A stretch of 20,000 nt of DNA from an uncultured virus (IMG/VR IMGVR_UViG_3300027771_000010) (taxonomy: Duplodnaviria > Heunggongvirae > Uroviricota > Caudoviricetes), in IMG/VR virus record IMGVR_UViG_3300027771_000010; one strand, 5' to 3'. Positions 1 to 9,700 of the stretch are shown here, one piece after another. The notes beneath the pieces are model-generated. The model was not told the DNA's origin. It did not search any database and saw only the letters and a program-made list of their open reading frames with translations. The stretch's first letter is position 1; each line of letters starts with the position of its first letter. The position numbers and the translations under genes are program-made.

Positions 1-1
1 T

Positions 2-1042
2 ATTCGTAACGAAAACGAAGATGATTATTCAGGCGCACACGCCGAAGCAACAGCTACAGCAGCATCTGGAAGTGTCAAATATATATTTGGCCCAAAGATT
101 AGTGCTAGTGTAGCTAGATCAGTAAAAAGTTCAACACTTGCTCAAACTTCAAAGCATAAGATTGCAGGAACACTAGTAATTACAGCTACGTGTACTCATA
201 AGATATCAGAAGTATTTGCTCCGTTTGTAATGGACCCAATAAAAGCAGTAACAGCATGGAATGCGTTGATGCCTGATAAAATGAATTCACCAGAAGAAAT
301 TACAGCCGCAGCAAGCGTACCAGCTAAAGCTGGTGAAGTACTGTCTCTTCTTTCAGGACAAACAGTAGGTAGTTCGTTTGTTGGAATGGTACACGTACTA
401 CAAGTTGAAGAAACAAAATCAGCACAGAGTTCAGCAGCAGTATCAGCACAAGCTAAAGCAGTACTGGAATTTGGAGCATTTTATGCACACGGAAAAGGTG
501 AATTTGGATCCGATGCAGAATTTAGCAATAGTGTTAAGAGTATGTTAAGTAATTCAGAATTATCATCACACTGTTCGCTTGTAACAATGGGACTTATCCC
601 TTCGTTAAAAAGTAATCAAGTCAAGACTAGTATCAGTCAGTTAAAACCATCAGCAAGTGAAGTAATGGAACAACTTGGAGCAATTCAAGGTTCTACTAGT
701 TCAACAGTAAATAGTATATCTAGCGATGCAAACGCAGCCAAAGCAGGCGCTCAAGCTATATCGTTAAACAATAGTTATATTACTGGAGTTGTTTCTAACT
801 TGTCAACAGTTGATAATGATAATAATAAGATTATTGATGTTAACTCGTTAATGACAGCATTTGATGATTACGTTGTTAAAGCCGCAGCAGGCGATTGCGG
901 AATCCCTATTAACTTCTTTATTAAAGAAGTCACTAAGCCGGATATTGCAAAGTCATGGTTGCACAAATTTAGCCCACAAGAAAATTGGCAAAATAATGCA
1001 TCGGGCGGAGAAGGTGGTGAAGCCACAGTAAAAGACAAATAA
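2..1042 (+). CDS. Uncharacterised Ser/Ala-rich protein, 5'-truncated by the window edge (>346 aa)
   Basis: The frame of ORF 230..1042 is open back to position 2 (IRNENEDDYSGAHAEATATAASGSVKYIFGPKISASVARSVKSSTLAQTSKHKIAGTLVITATCTHKISEVFAPFV-MDPIK...), so the true start is upstream of the window. Ends TAA at 1040-1042, followed by a terminator. Confidence 0.85.
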   Translation: MRNENEDDYSGAHAEATATAASGSVKYIFGPKISASVARSVKSSTLAQTSKHKIAGTLVITATCTHKISEVFAPFVMDPIKAVTAWNALMPDKMNSPEEITAAASVPAKAGEVLSLLSGQTVGSSFVGMVHVLQVEETKSAQSSAAVSAQAKAVLEFGAFYAHGKGEFGSDAEFSNSVKSMLSNSELSSHCSLVTMGLIPSLKSNQVKTSISQLKPSASEVMEQLGAIQGSTSSTVNSISSDANAAKAGAQAISLNNSYITGVVSNLSTVDNDNNKIIDVNSLMTAFDDYVVKAAAGDCGIPINFFIKEVTKPDIAKSWLHKFSPQENWQNNASGGEGGEATVKDK

Positions 1043-1062
1043 AATAAGCAATGCTTATATTT

Positions 1063-1090
1063 AAAAAGACACTTAGGTGTCTTTTTTTTT
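1063..1090. terminator. Bidirectional rho-independent terminator
   Basis: AAAAAGACAC-TTAG-GTGTCTTTTTTTTT: perfect stem with A-tract on the left and T-tract on the right, between convergent genes (1042 + and 1093 -). Confidence 0.9.
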
Positions 1091-1092
1091 GG

Positions 1093-1257
1093 CTAACTTT
1101 CTGTTTCTTGTGTTTTAAGCCACTCGAGGTACGCTGGTATCTTAGGGCATACTTCTTCGTGTGCATACATAGCTTCTTCAGTATACATTTTGTTGCAAGC
1201 TATACATTCATAAATTTCATCTGCATGAATAATGTTTAGCTTACCAGCTTGTATCAT
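1093..1257 (-). CDS. 54-aa C2HC-type zinc-finger protein (not in ORF track)
   Basis: Manual translation: MIQAGKLNIIHADEIYECIACNKMYTEEAMYAHEEVCPKIPAYLEWLKTQETES*. Has C-x2-C-x11-H-x3-C. ATG overlaps the upstream TGA (ATGA, 1257-1254) and the stop abuts the terminator. Confidence 0.8.
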   Translation of the reverse strand: MIQAGKLNIIHADEIYECIACNKMYTEEAMYAHEEVCPKIPAYLEWLKTQETES

Positions 1258-1691
1258 ATCAAACCTTTTACTTTCGCAACCCCAAAAAATACACCAGCTA
1301 TAGCTAATATTAAGAAGATACCAGCACTCAATGCAATAGTCATTGTAGACTGGGTAGCTTTAGCGTTAGCTTTCTTTCGATTGGTAGCTTGTATTTTTAA
1401 ACCTGCATTGTATTGCTTTCTAAATTTACAAAAGTCTACGTAGCCATGCAGTCTTTGCTTGTTGAGCATAAACTCTAAGTCTCTTTCGTTCTTCTTTAGT
1501 TGTTCCTGAGCTTGAAATGCTTCCATAACATTTCCAGTGCCAGCCTTAACTTGTTTGTTAATTGCTTTTTCAGCACCGAAGTACTTTGTTATTGCTGTGC
1601 CTGCATCAGCAATCTCCCTGCCATTGGCAATAGTAGTCTTGATGACCTTAAACGCCGCATTGGCTATCATTAATTCTGCTAACATATCCAT
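1254..1691 (-). CDS. Hypothetical phage protein, helical with C-terminal transmembrane segment
   Basis: 145 aa, AGGAG RBS before ATG. N-terminal MLAELxxANAAFxVIK resembles hypothetical marine-phage proteins (recollection). Hydrophobic C-terminus IALSAGIFLILAIAGVFFGVA. Confidence 0.85.
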   Translation of the reverse strand: MDMLAELMIANAAFKVIKTTIANGREIADAGTAITKYFGAEKAINKQVKAGTGNVMEAFQAQEQLKKNERDLEFMLNKQRLHGYVDFCKFRKQYNAGLKIQATNRKKANAKATQSTMTIALSAGIFLILAIAGVFFGVAKVKGLI

Positions 1692-1861
1692 AGTCTCCTT
1701 GTGTATTCTTGTGGTATACCATACGGCTCCCTTGACGGCTGTACTACTAGATATTCCACATTTACCTTATGAGTAGATGGTTCAACTAGTGGCCTTTGGC
1801 CCTCTGGTGCTAAGTCGGGTGCTATATGTATTGGATACAGTTCAGCCGGGCTTGACCACAT
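1679..1861 (-). CDS. Small hypothetical Pro-rich protein (60 aa)
   Basis: Lies between the minus-strand late box (1920-1927) and the 145-aa gene, overlapping that gene's start by 13 nt. No strong RBS. Confidence 0.55.
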   Translation of the reverse strand: MWSSPAELYPIHIAPDLAPEGQRPLVEPSTHKVNVEYLVVQPSREPYGIPQEYTRRLWIC

Positions 1862-1919
1862 TATTTGTGGTACAAATTCTTTCGTGCTTTAATACATAAT
1901 GTATAGCTGAACATAGTAG

Positions 1920-1927
1920 TATTTATT
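1920..1927 (-). promoter_or_regulatory. T4-type late promoter box (AATAAATA) driving the minus-strand operon
   Basis: TATTTATT on + strand = AATAAATA on -. 7/8 match to the T4 gp55 consensus TATAAATA, upstream of the 1861/1691/1257 genes. Confidence 0.55.
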
Positions 1928-1982
1928 TAAAAGCGACATTTTGACAGGTATTTTGACTTTCTGTTTTACTTCTAGCAGAAAT

Positions 1983-1990
1983 GATAAATA
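1983..1990 (+). promoter_or_regulatory. T4-type late promoter box (GATAAATA)
   Basis: 7/8 match to TATAAATA, divergent from the 1920-1927 box, upstream of the small ORF at 2025. Confidence 0.5.
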
Positions 1991-2024
1991 CATGTACAAT
2001 AATAGGAAGTAGTAGGAATATAAT

Positions 2025-2192
2025 ATGATGTCATCACACATTACTCCAGAGTCTGGAAAACTGGTTACGAAAAGTCCTGTAAAGGCCAAATCATTAATAA
2101 TGAGCGAGGCCAACGTGCTTCTGTTCTTAACGACCAATAAAAATGCTGATATAATATATAAATCTACAAAGAGCCTTGCTAGCGTAGTTTAA
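2025..2192 (+). CDS. Putative 55-aa basic protein (not in ORF track)
   Basis: AGGA RBS at 2014-2017, then MMSSHITPESGKLVTKSPVKAKSLIMSEANVLLFLTTNKNADIIYKSTKSLASVV*. Preceded by a late box and fills an otherwise empty gap. Confidence 0.45.
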   Translation: MMSSHITPESGKLVTKSPVKAKSLIMSEANVLLFLTTNKNADIIYKSTKSLASVV

Positions 2193-2212
2193 AAAACGCT
2201 GGTCTAAAAAAG

Positions 2213-2220
2213 AGTAAATA
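2213..2220 (+). promoter_or_regulatory. Late promoter-like box (AGTAAATA)
   Basis: TAAATA core about 40 nt upstream of the TTG start at 2260; GAGG RBS precedes that start. Confidence 0.45.
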
Positions 2221-2259
2221 CAATAGACGCAAGAGCGAAGAATTTGTGAGGTATATAAG

Positions 2260-5200
2260 TTGGCAATTAACATTAACCATAGTGCAGGAAAACTTAAATC
2301 AGATAGTGATTTAATATTAGATGCTGGCGCATCTAACAACATTGACGTATCTGCTAAAATAGTTAAAAATGCTTCCGACCCAGTTGATCCTCAAGATCTT
2401 GTTACAAAAGTATATTTAGAAACTGCAATTTTAAACGTTGATGCTTCAGGTGATGCTGATACTGATTCCGTTTTAGAAATTATTGAAAACATTAGAACAG
2501 ACTCTTATGTTAAGTCTGTTGATTTTGTCTCTGATATTATATCAGGTGGTGCAGGATTAACAGCTACTCTAACTATTACTTCAGTAGGTAATCCAAACAA
2601 ATATACAATTGCTTGGGGTGATGGCAATTCTACTACAGCTACATCAGATTCAACACCTACACATACCTATGCTACAAATGCAGGCAGTCCATTTGATGTA
2701 AACGTAACAGCGTTTAATGACACTGGAACTGGTGCAGGTAGTTCAGCACAAAAATTAAGAGAAGATTATATTGCAATTTTCACAGGAGATCCAATTGTTT
2801 CATTTACTGCATACGACTCCCTTATAGGAGGAAATGCAATTGCATATTGGAATGATGGAGATACTGTATATTTTGAGAATACAACATCAAGCACCACCGG
2901 TGCAATAATTCAATATACTTGGGCATGGGGAGACTCATCAGGTGATGACGTAATTACTTCAGATAGTGTAGCAGGTGGAGTCGGCGGCGGACGTATAGCC
3001 CACACATTTGCCCTTGCATCAGAAACTGATGTTACAAGGACCGTTGCACTAACACTTGATAATCATAATACTGCAACACCAGCTCTGTTACCAATAGATG
3101 ATAATTCATCTTATAAGATATATGATACACATACTCCAGACACTGTATCAAACTTAACAACAGGTATAAACGAAGAGTCAAACAATGGCTTAACTATTCA
3201 GTTTACAAACAATACAGAAAGCACTATAGGAGATTACAGCACATACGGAATAACGTATCTGTGGGAATTTGGTGATGGTGCAACTACAACAGTTAATGCA
3301 GGAAGTGGACAAGCTGGCGACACTGGTACTTCTATTTCGCACAAGTATACATTAGCATCTAATAGTACAGCAGAAGATTTTACTGGAAGACTAAAAGTTA
3401 TTAGTGATCATACAAGTAGTCCATTCATAAGTTCAGATTTTACAATACATGTTGAACCAGATGTTAGAGCAAACATTACAGGTAGCGTTGATACAATTTC
3501 AGACCGTACGGGTGATAATCAATATGATGTATATGACGGCGTTGATTATAACAGCATAAACAGAGCATTAGTAACAGTAAATAATTTAAGTGAAAATGGT
3601 GACAGTCATATATATGATTGGAATGATGCTAGTGCTAATGATATAGAAGCTGGACTAGCAAGTGTCCAACATGATTTTACAGGCATTGCACCTGGTAACT
3701 ATGCATTAGATTTTACAGCAACAGGAACACCAGACATAACAGCACAAACAGATACAGCTAGCTTACCTTTCCAGGTTAATGCAGTTCCATCTGCACCTGC
3801 TGGTTTAAGTACAAAAACAATAACATTAGATAATCCAGCAGTAGGTATTAATCCAAAACTAGCTAGCGGGTTTACTGATAACAGTAGTTCAAGTCCACTA
3901 GTTGCTAGTGATTCGTTGAATACTACTGTAGCAAGAAGATATACAAGTGGAACCATTGATACAACAATTGCACAAAATGCATATAACGGATTAGCAGGAA
4001 CATTATCAGCAATGATAAATGGATCAGCAGATGGAACTACTACGTTTAGTAACACACTAAACGAAAATGGGATACATGATAGCTTAGTGGTTAGCGGACA
4101 AGACGATGCTAATAATACAATAAGTGCTTCAACATATCCTACAGGTTTTTACCAAACATTTGATGCAAAAATTAATAAACCTTTTGCAGAGTACCCAACA
4201 GGTGTGAATGATGAAAGAATAGAACACAGTAATACAGGTAATACAAACTACGTAACCGTTGTGTGTGATGACTTAACTGCCGTACCTACACTTGATATTA
4301 CTGGTTCGATTCTTTCTGAAAACAATGCAGGAACTTATAGATACATATCGGGCATACCTTACTATAACACAGGTAGCCCGACATTGTCAATAAGCGGCAT
4401 TGAAATTAGTAATTGGATAGGACAAGCGTATACAGATACAAACTTAGTTCTTGAGATTACTAATGGTACTAATTCTGAAAACACTACAGGTGCAACAGTT
4501 AGTACACAGTTTAAAGGATATGCTGATTTAGAAGACGCAACTTATTTAACTAGTGGAATTCCACAAGCAAATACATTGACTTACAGCTTTGCAGACCAAC
4601 TTATTAACATAACAACAAGTAATGTTAAGACCGTTGAGACGCTTAAATTCAAGGCTAATAACGTCAATGGTAGCTCAAACTACGTAGAGTTGGCAAACAC
4701 CGCTGTACAGGTGCATACAGCTAATCCTACAGGCATTATAGAGGACAGCATTGATGTTAGTGCATCTTTAGGAAATGGAGTAATTACAGACAATGGTATT
4801 CGTATTGTTGATTTCATTGCTTATGGAACAGATACCCCAACTATTAATAGTGCTACTGATTATGCGGCTTCACCATTCACTGGTGCAGTTAGTGTAAGTG
4901 GTACACAAGACGCCACAGTAAGATGGGGCGTAGTAGAACACAATACAACAGATTATTCTACAGGATTTTTACCAGTAGGACCAGACAGAAGTTCAGACAC
5001 AGGAACTCAATACTTTACATTTGCATTCCGTAGAAAAGTTGTTGCTAACTTTGATATTGATATCACTTCAAGCGGAATTACTGGAATGTGGATAGCAGCA
5101 CCAGGAACAACAATTGATTCGTCAAGTGGATTAAACGGTTGGATAGAATGTACGTCACAATACCAAGGTGTTGGCGTACCAGGAAGTAACACAGCAAATG

Positions 5201-5394
5201 GCGGTAACGGCGGCAACGGTTGTGCGTTATCGGGTGCAGACGTTATACCAACTGATACGAATATCAATGCAAGTTATACAATGACACTAGGTAGTGAAAA
5301 CATGTCTAATGCAACAAACAATGTTGTTTTAGTTAGAATTGGATTAGCAACTGGCAAAAGTATAACACAGTTACAAGTAGGGGAAGCTAGCTAA
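2260..5394 (+). CDS. Large virion structural protein with PKD/Ig-like repeats (1044 aa)
   Basis: TTG start with GAGG RBS. PKD-type motifs YTIAWGDG..PTHTY, YTWAWGD..AHTF, YLWEFGDG..SHKY and degenerate YDWND..QHDF. N-terminal DPVDPQDLVTKVYLE fibre motif. Thr/Ser/Asn/Gly-rich beta composition. Confidence 0.85.
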   Translation: MAININHSAGKLKSDSDLILDAGASNNIDVSAKIVKNASDPVDPQDLVTKVYLETAILNVDASGDADTDSVLEIIENIRTDSYVKSVDFVSDIISGGAGLTATLTITSVGNPNKYTIAWGDGNSTTATSDSTPTHTYATNAGSPFDVNVTAFNDTGTGAGSSAQKLREDYIAIFTGDPIVSFTAYDSLIGGNAIAYWNDGDTVYFENTTSSTTGAIIQYTWAWGDSSGDDVITSDSVAGGVGGGRIAHTFALASETDVTRTVALTLDNHNTATPALLPIDDNSSYKIYDTHTPDTVSNLTTGINEESNNGLTIQFTNNTESTIGDYSTYGITYLWEFGDGATTTVNAGSGQAGDTGTSISHKYTLASNSTAEDFTGRLKVISDHTSSPFISSDFTIHVEPDVRANITGSVDTISDRTGDNQYDVYDGVDYNSINRALVTVNNLSENGDSHIYDWNDASANDIEAGLASVQHDFTGIAPGNYALDFTATGTPDITAQTDTASLPFQVNAVPSAPAGLSTKTITLDNPAVGINPKLASGFTDNSSSSPLVASDSLNTTVARRYTSGTIDTTIAQNAYNGLAGTLSAMINGSADGTTTFSNTLNENGIHDSLVVSGQDDANNTISASTYPTGFYQTFDAKINKPFAEYPTGVNDERIEHSNTGNTNYVTVVCDDLTAVPTLDITGSILSENNAGTYRYISGIPYYNTGSPTLSISGIEISNWIGQAYTDTNLVLEITNGTNSENTTGATVSTQFKGYADLEDATYLTSGIPQANTLTYSFADQLINITTSNVKTVETLKFKANNVNGSSNYVELANTAVQVHTANPTGIIEDSIDVSASLGNGVITDNGIRIVDFIAYGTDTPTINSATDYAASPFTGAVSVSGTQDATVRWGVVEHNTTDYSTGFLPVGPDRSSDTGTQYFTFAFRRKVVANFDIDITSSGITGMWIAAPGTTIDSSSGLNGWIECTSQYQGVGVPGSNTANGGNGGNGCALSGADVIPTDTNINASYTMTLGSENMSNATNNVVLVRIGLATGKSITQLQVGEAS

Positions 5395-6599
5395 TGGCTA
5401 TTTCTAATAATCAAAAAATTGACTATCTATTTAAGAAATTAGGTTATGGTAGTACAAAAACAGACACAAATGCAAATAAGTTAGCGGCTAACGAAAGTAT
5501 AGCTAGTCCACTTTTACTACGTGGTGATAGAGTATGGGCAGAGTCTGGAAGCATACCTGGTGTTAAACCAAATGCTACAACACCCACTGTTACTATTAAA
5601 ACTGCAATTGAGTGTACTGAAGATATTACAGCAACAGGAAATAGAACCTGGAAAACAAATACTATAGATTGGATTACTCCTGAGTTTGGTAGCACATACT
5701 TAGTAAGTGTTTATATACATGATGAGAATGATCCCGACAATGCAGAAAGTTTAGCTAACAAAGTATTTGTTACCGGTAGCGGTAATAGTGACGAATGGTT
5801 CTTTGATTACCAAAGTGGTGTACTTAACTTTATTGGTGATAGTCTTCCAAATGGAAAAACGTTTACAGATAAAAGTGTTTACATAAGTGGTGCAGTTTAC
5901 GGCGGCCAACTAGGTGTAACAGATCCTGCTGAAACAGCAAATATTAATAATAGTATTGCATCTTTACAAACACAAGTAAGTAGCATCTTAACTAATACTG
6001 ATCCAGCAGTACTTGACTCACTTACAGAAATTGTTTCAGCATTTCAAAGTGCGGATAGTGCATTTGCTACATCAACTGACTTAACTAGTTTAGAAGCACT
6101 ACTAAGAAACGACTTAGCATTACCAGTATCATCAATAGCACCAGCAGAAACATTTATTGCAACAGGTTCAAGCAGTACATTTACATTATCAGAAACTCCA
6201 GCTACAACAGAAGCAGTTGATGTATATGTTGATGATGTATTACAAAGACCAGACATATTTACTATTACTGGTGATCAGCTAGTATTTACAGACATGCCTA
6301 TAGCAGGAACAGATGTTTATGTAAAGTATAGATATTCATTCTCACAAACTACTGCTTTTCCAGATAACTGCATAGAAAACAATCACTTAAAATTGATATA
6401 TACTAGTAGTCAGTACACAGGTGACAACACTACAAAGGATTACACAATCCAAGCAGGACATTCTGTTCATAGTGTACTTGTTATTGTTAATGGAGCAGTA
6501 TTAGCTCCAACAGAATACAGTATAGTTGGTACCACACTAACTATTACTATAGCACCAGCAACGAGTTCAGTCGTTGACTTTAGGTACATGCCAATTTAA
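5394..6599 (+). CDS. Virion structural/tail-associated protein (401 aa)
   Basis: TAATG stop-start coupling with the upstream gene. Central fibre motif NTDPAVLDSLTEIVSAFQ. Two C-terminal beta repeats (F/Y.xxG...F/Y.L/I ... V.V....Q/L.P..F/Y.I.G..L) of the kind seen in T4-like phage baseplate/tail proteins. Confidence 0.8.
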   Translation: MAISNNQKIDYLFKKLGYGSTKTDTNANKLAANESIASPLLLRGDRVWAESGSIPGVKPNATTPTVTIKTAIECTEDITATGNRTWKTNTIDWITPEFGSTYLVSVYIHDENDPDNAESLANKVFVTGSGNSDEWFFDYQSGVLNFIGDSLPNGKTFTDKSVYISGAVYGGQLGVTDPAETANINNSIASLQTQVSSILTNTDPAVLDSLTEIVSAFQSADSAFATSTDLTSLEALLRNDLALPVSSIAPAETFIATGSSSTFTLSETPATTEAVDVYVDDVLQRPDIFTITGDQLVFTDMPIAGTDVYVKYRYSFSQTTAFPDNCIENNHLKLIYTSSQYTGDNTTKDYTIQAGHSVHSVLVIVNGAVLAPTEYSIVGTTLTITIAPATSSVVDFRYMPI

Positions 6600-6654
6600 T
6601 CTAAATTGGTTCCAAAATAAACATAATCATATAGGTTAATAGAGAGCAATTTCA

Positions 6655-6662
6655 TATAAATA
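6655..6662 (+). promoter_or_regulatory. T4-type late promoter TATAAATA (perfect)
   Basis: Exact TATAAATA about 120 nt upstream of the giant fibre gene. Confidence 0.75.
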
Positions 6663-6663
6663 C

Positions 6664-6781
6664 ATTGCGTAGGTTTTATTCTTTTTATAAAATCAACGTA
6701 GTATGCCTTTTTAAGCAATTGGTATACTTATGCGTGTAAAGATTATACGCATATCAAATATATTTGATTGGAGAAATCTCT
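6664..6781 (+). promoter_or_regulatory. Structured 5' leader with tandem hairpins
   Basis: Stems at 6664-6702, 6700-6728 and 6729-6753, a 16-bp palindrome at 6753-6768, then the GGAGA RBS at 6770-6774. Confidence 0.5.
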
Positions 6782-9700
6782 ATGGCTTTTAGACAAATTA
6801 AGAGTCCAGCGTTAGCGGATCAGTCGATCCTTAACACTAAGTTAGATGTAAGTGCAGTTTCAGGCCAAACTAGTGCTTCATCTTTACAGAACCTAGATAC
6901 TCTGTTAGTACACGTTAATGCAACATCAGCATTGGCAGCCGTTTCAGCAGGAGACTTAATTGCCTCTTTTGATACAGCTGACTTAGCTGAGAATGCGTCA
7001 GCAAAATACTTCACAGATGCACGTGCAGTTTCAGCAACAGCCAGCGCCATTTCAACTGCGGTTGATGCGGAAGCGGTTATAGCTAGAGCAGCAGAAGTAG
7101 CAAACGCTAACGCGGTTGTTGCAGAAGCTACGGCAGCACGTTCAGCTGAAGGTACACTAACTGCAGATCTAGCCACCGAAGTAGCTACAGCAAGAGCAGC
7201 AGAGTCTGCACTAGACATAGCTTACAAATCGGCGGACGCTGGTTTACAAACACAAATAAGCAACATTATTAGTAATGTTGACCCGGCTGCACTTGACTCG
7301 TTAAGTGAAATTGTTGCTGAGTTCCAAACGCAAGATAGTGCTTTAACAGCGGCTATTGTTGCAAACTCAACATTAATTACAAACGAAGTATCACGTGCAA
7401 CTACAGCAGAAGGCTTAAATACTACAGCAATTGCAGCGGAAGCTGTTACTGCTAGAGCAAACGAAGGAACTAACGCAACAGCAATAGTTAATGAAGCGGC
7501 TACAGCAAGAGCAGCAGAACAAGCACTAGATGCTCGTACTACTTCTGCAGAAGCTGACATCATTACTAACGCAAATGGACTAGCGGCAGAAATTGCAACT
7601 ACAAATGGCGAAGTTTCAACACTAACAGCTGATCTTGCATCAGAAGCGGCTACAGCTAGAGCATCTGAACTTGCAAACGCAACAGATATTAATTCTGAAT
7701 CCGTAGCAAGAGCAACTGCTGATACAGCAGTACGTAGTGAATTTGCAGCAGGAGACGTAGCAGTTACAACAGCTATGGAAACTTATGCAGATACAGCAGA
7801 AGCAGATGCAATTAGTACTGCATCAGGCGATGCAACTACTAAAGCTAATGCGGCACAAGCGGCAGCAATTAGTTCAGCAGAAGCAAAAGACGTAGCACAA
7901 AAAGTAATAAGCGATGCGGCAGACGCAGCATTAGACGTTCGTGTAACAGCATCAGAAGCAGATGTAACAGCACTCGAAACAACTATTGGTGATATTAGTA
8001 ACACACCATTAGACACTACAGCTACTTCATTAGGTGGAGCGATTAACGAACTACACACTGAAGTAACAACTGCAACAGCAGGCATAGCTACTAACGTAAC
8101 TGACATTGCTACTAACGCAACTGACATTGCAACTAACGCAACTAACATTGCTAACATTGTAAGTAACACAGATGCAGCGGCATTGGATTCATTAACAGAA
8201 ATTGTTACTGCATTCCAAGCAGGCGATAGCACATTAACAGCGGCGTTTAATACTGTTACAACAAGTCTCAATAGTGAGATTAGTGACAGAGCAAGCGGCG
8301 ATGCAACATTACAAGCAAACGTTGATGCAGAAGCAGTTACAGCAAGAGCAGCAGAATTAGTAAACGCAACTGCCATTGCTAACGAAGTAACTAACAGAGC
8401 AGCAGCAGACGTAGCAGTTAAAGCGGCAAGTGACGCATACGCAGATACAGCAGAAGCAGACGCAATTGCGTCAGCAGAAGCAAAAGACGTAGCACGTATG
8501 GTAACTTCAGACGCTTATGCTGATACAGCAGAAGCAGATGCGATCGCTACAGCGGCAGCAGATGCAACTACTAAAGCAGACGCGGCACAAGCAGCAGCAG
8601 AAGCAACAGCGGCAACAGATGCAAGCGCCAAAGTACTAGTTGAAAAAACTCGTGCCGAAGCAGCAGAAGAAGCTAATGCTATTAACATCACTGCAAACGA
8701 TGGCGACATTGCAACTAACGCAACTGGCATCGCAACGAACGCAAGTGCAATTTCAACTGAAGCAAGCGACAGAGCAGCAGCAGATGTAGTGTTAAACACT
8801 GCAATCACAGCTGAAGCAACTAGAGCGGCAGCGGCAGAACTTGTAAATACTAATGCAATCGCGGCAGAAGCAGTAACATCTAGAGCGGCAGAACTTGCTA
8901 ACGCAACAGCGATTAGTGACGAAACATCACGTTCTACAACAATTGATGTTAACCATGCGGCACTTATCGCAACTAACATCTCAGGTATTGCTACTAACTT
9001 AACTGGTCTAAACAACGAAATTGTTGCGGCTAGAGCAGCAGAAGCAACATTACAAGCCAACATTGATACTGAGACAAGTAGAATTGATTCAATTCTAACT
9101 AACACAGATCCAGCAGCCTTAGATTCATTAACAGAAATTGTTACTGCATTCCAAACAGCTGACGGAACTATCAATGGTGCAATTACTTCATTAGCATCAG
9201 CTTCATCAGCAGATCGTACACTTGTACGTAGTGAATTTGCGGCAGCAGACACAGCATTAGGCAACCGCCTAACTACTGAAGAAGCTAACGTAGACGCACT
9301 CGAAACAACTATGGGTTCAGCAACAATTACTACTACAGCACAAACTGTAACAGGTGCGATTAATGAACTTAACAGTGCGAGCTCAGGTGGTTTAGCAACT
9401 TTGCAAGCTGAAGTAGATGCAACACAAGTAGGTGCAGGACTTGCGGCAGACGGTGGATACACAGCTCTTTCAGGTACACATGCAATAGATACAGCGGCAT
9501 CTTTAAAAGGTGCGGACACATTATTGGATGCGGCTATATTAGCTGAGCAGACTGCTAGAACATCAGCAGACGCTACACACACAAGTAATATCGCAACAAA
9601 CACAGCAGGCATTGCAACTAATGTAACTGCAATTGCAACTAACGCAACTAACATCGCAACTAACGTATCAGACATTTCTGCAAACAATGCTAGCATTGTA

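Noticed and set aside
969..1776. ORF-track calls 969-1166(-), 1051-1239(+), 1249-1443(+), 1537-1776(+)
   Set aside because: They cross the terminator or lie antisense to better-supported coupled minus-strand genes.
1941..1970. TTGACA at 1941 (also TTGTTA-N17-TATAAA at 11627-11655) as sigma70 promoters
   Set aside because: The first has no good -10 at 16-18 nt; the second is a weak match expected by chance in AT-rich DNA.
1889..2342. Minus-strand ORFs 1889-2137 and 2127-2342
   Set aside because: They overlap promoter boxes or the start of the 1044-aa gene, lack an RBS and have non-protein-like composition.
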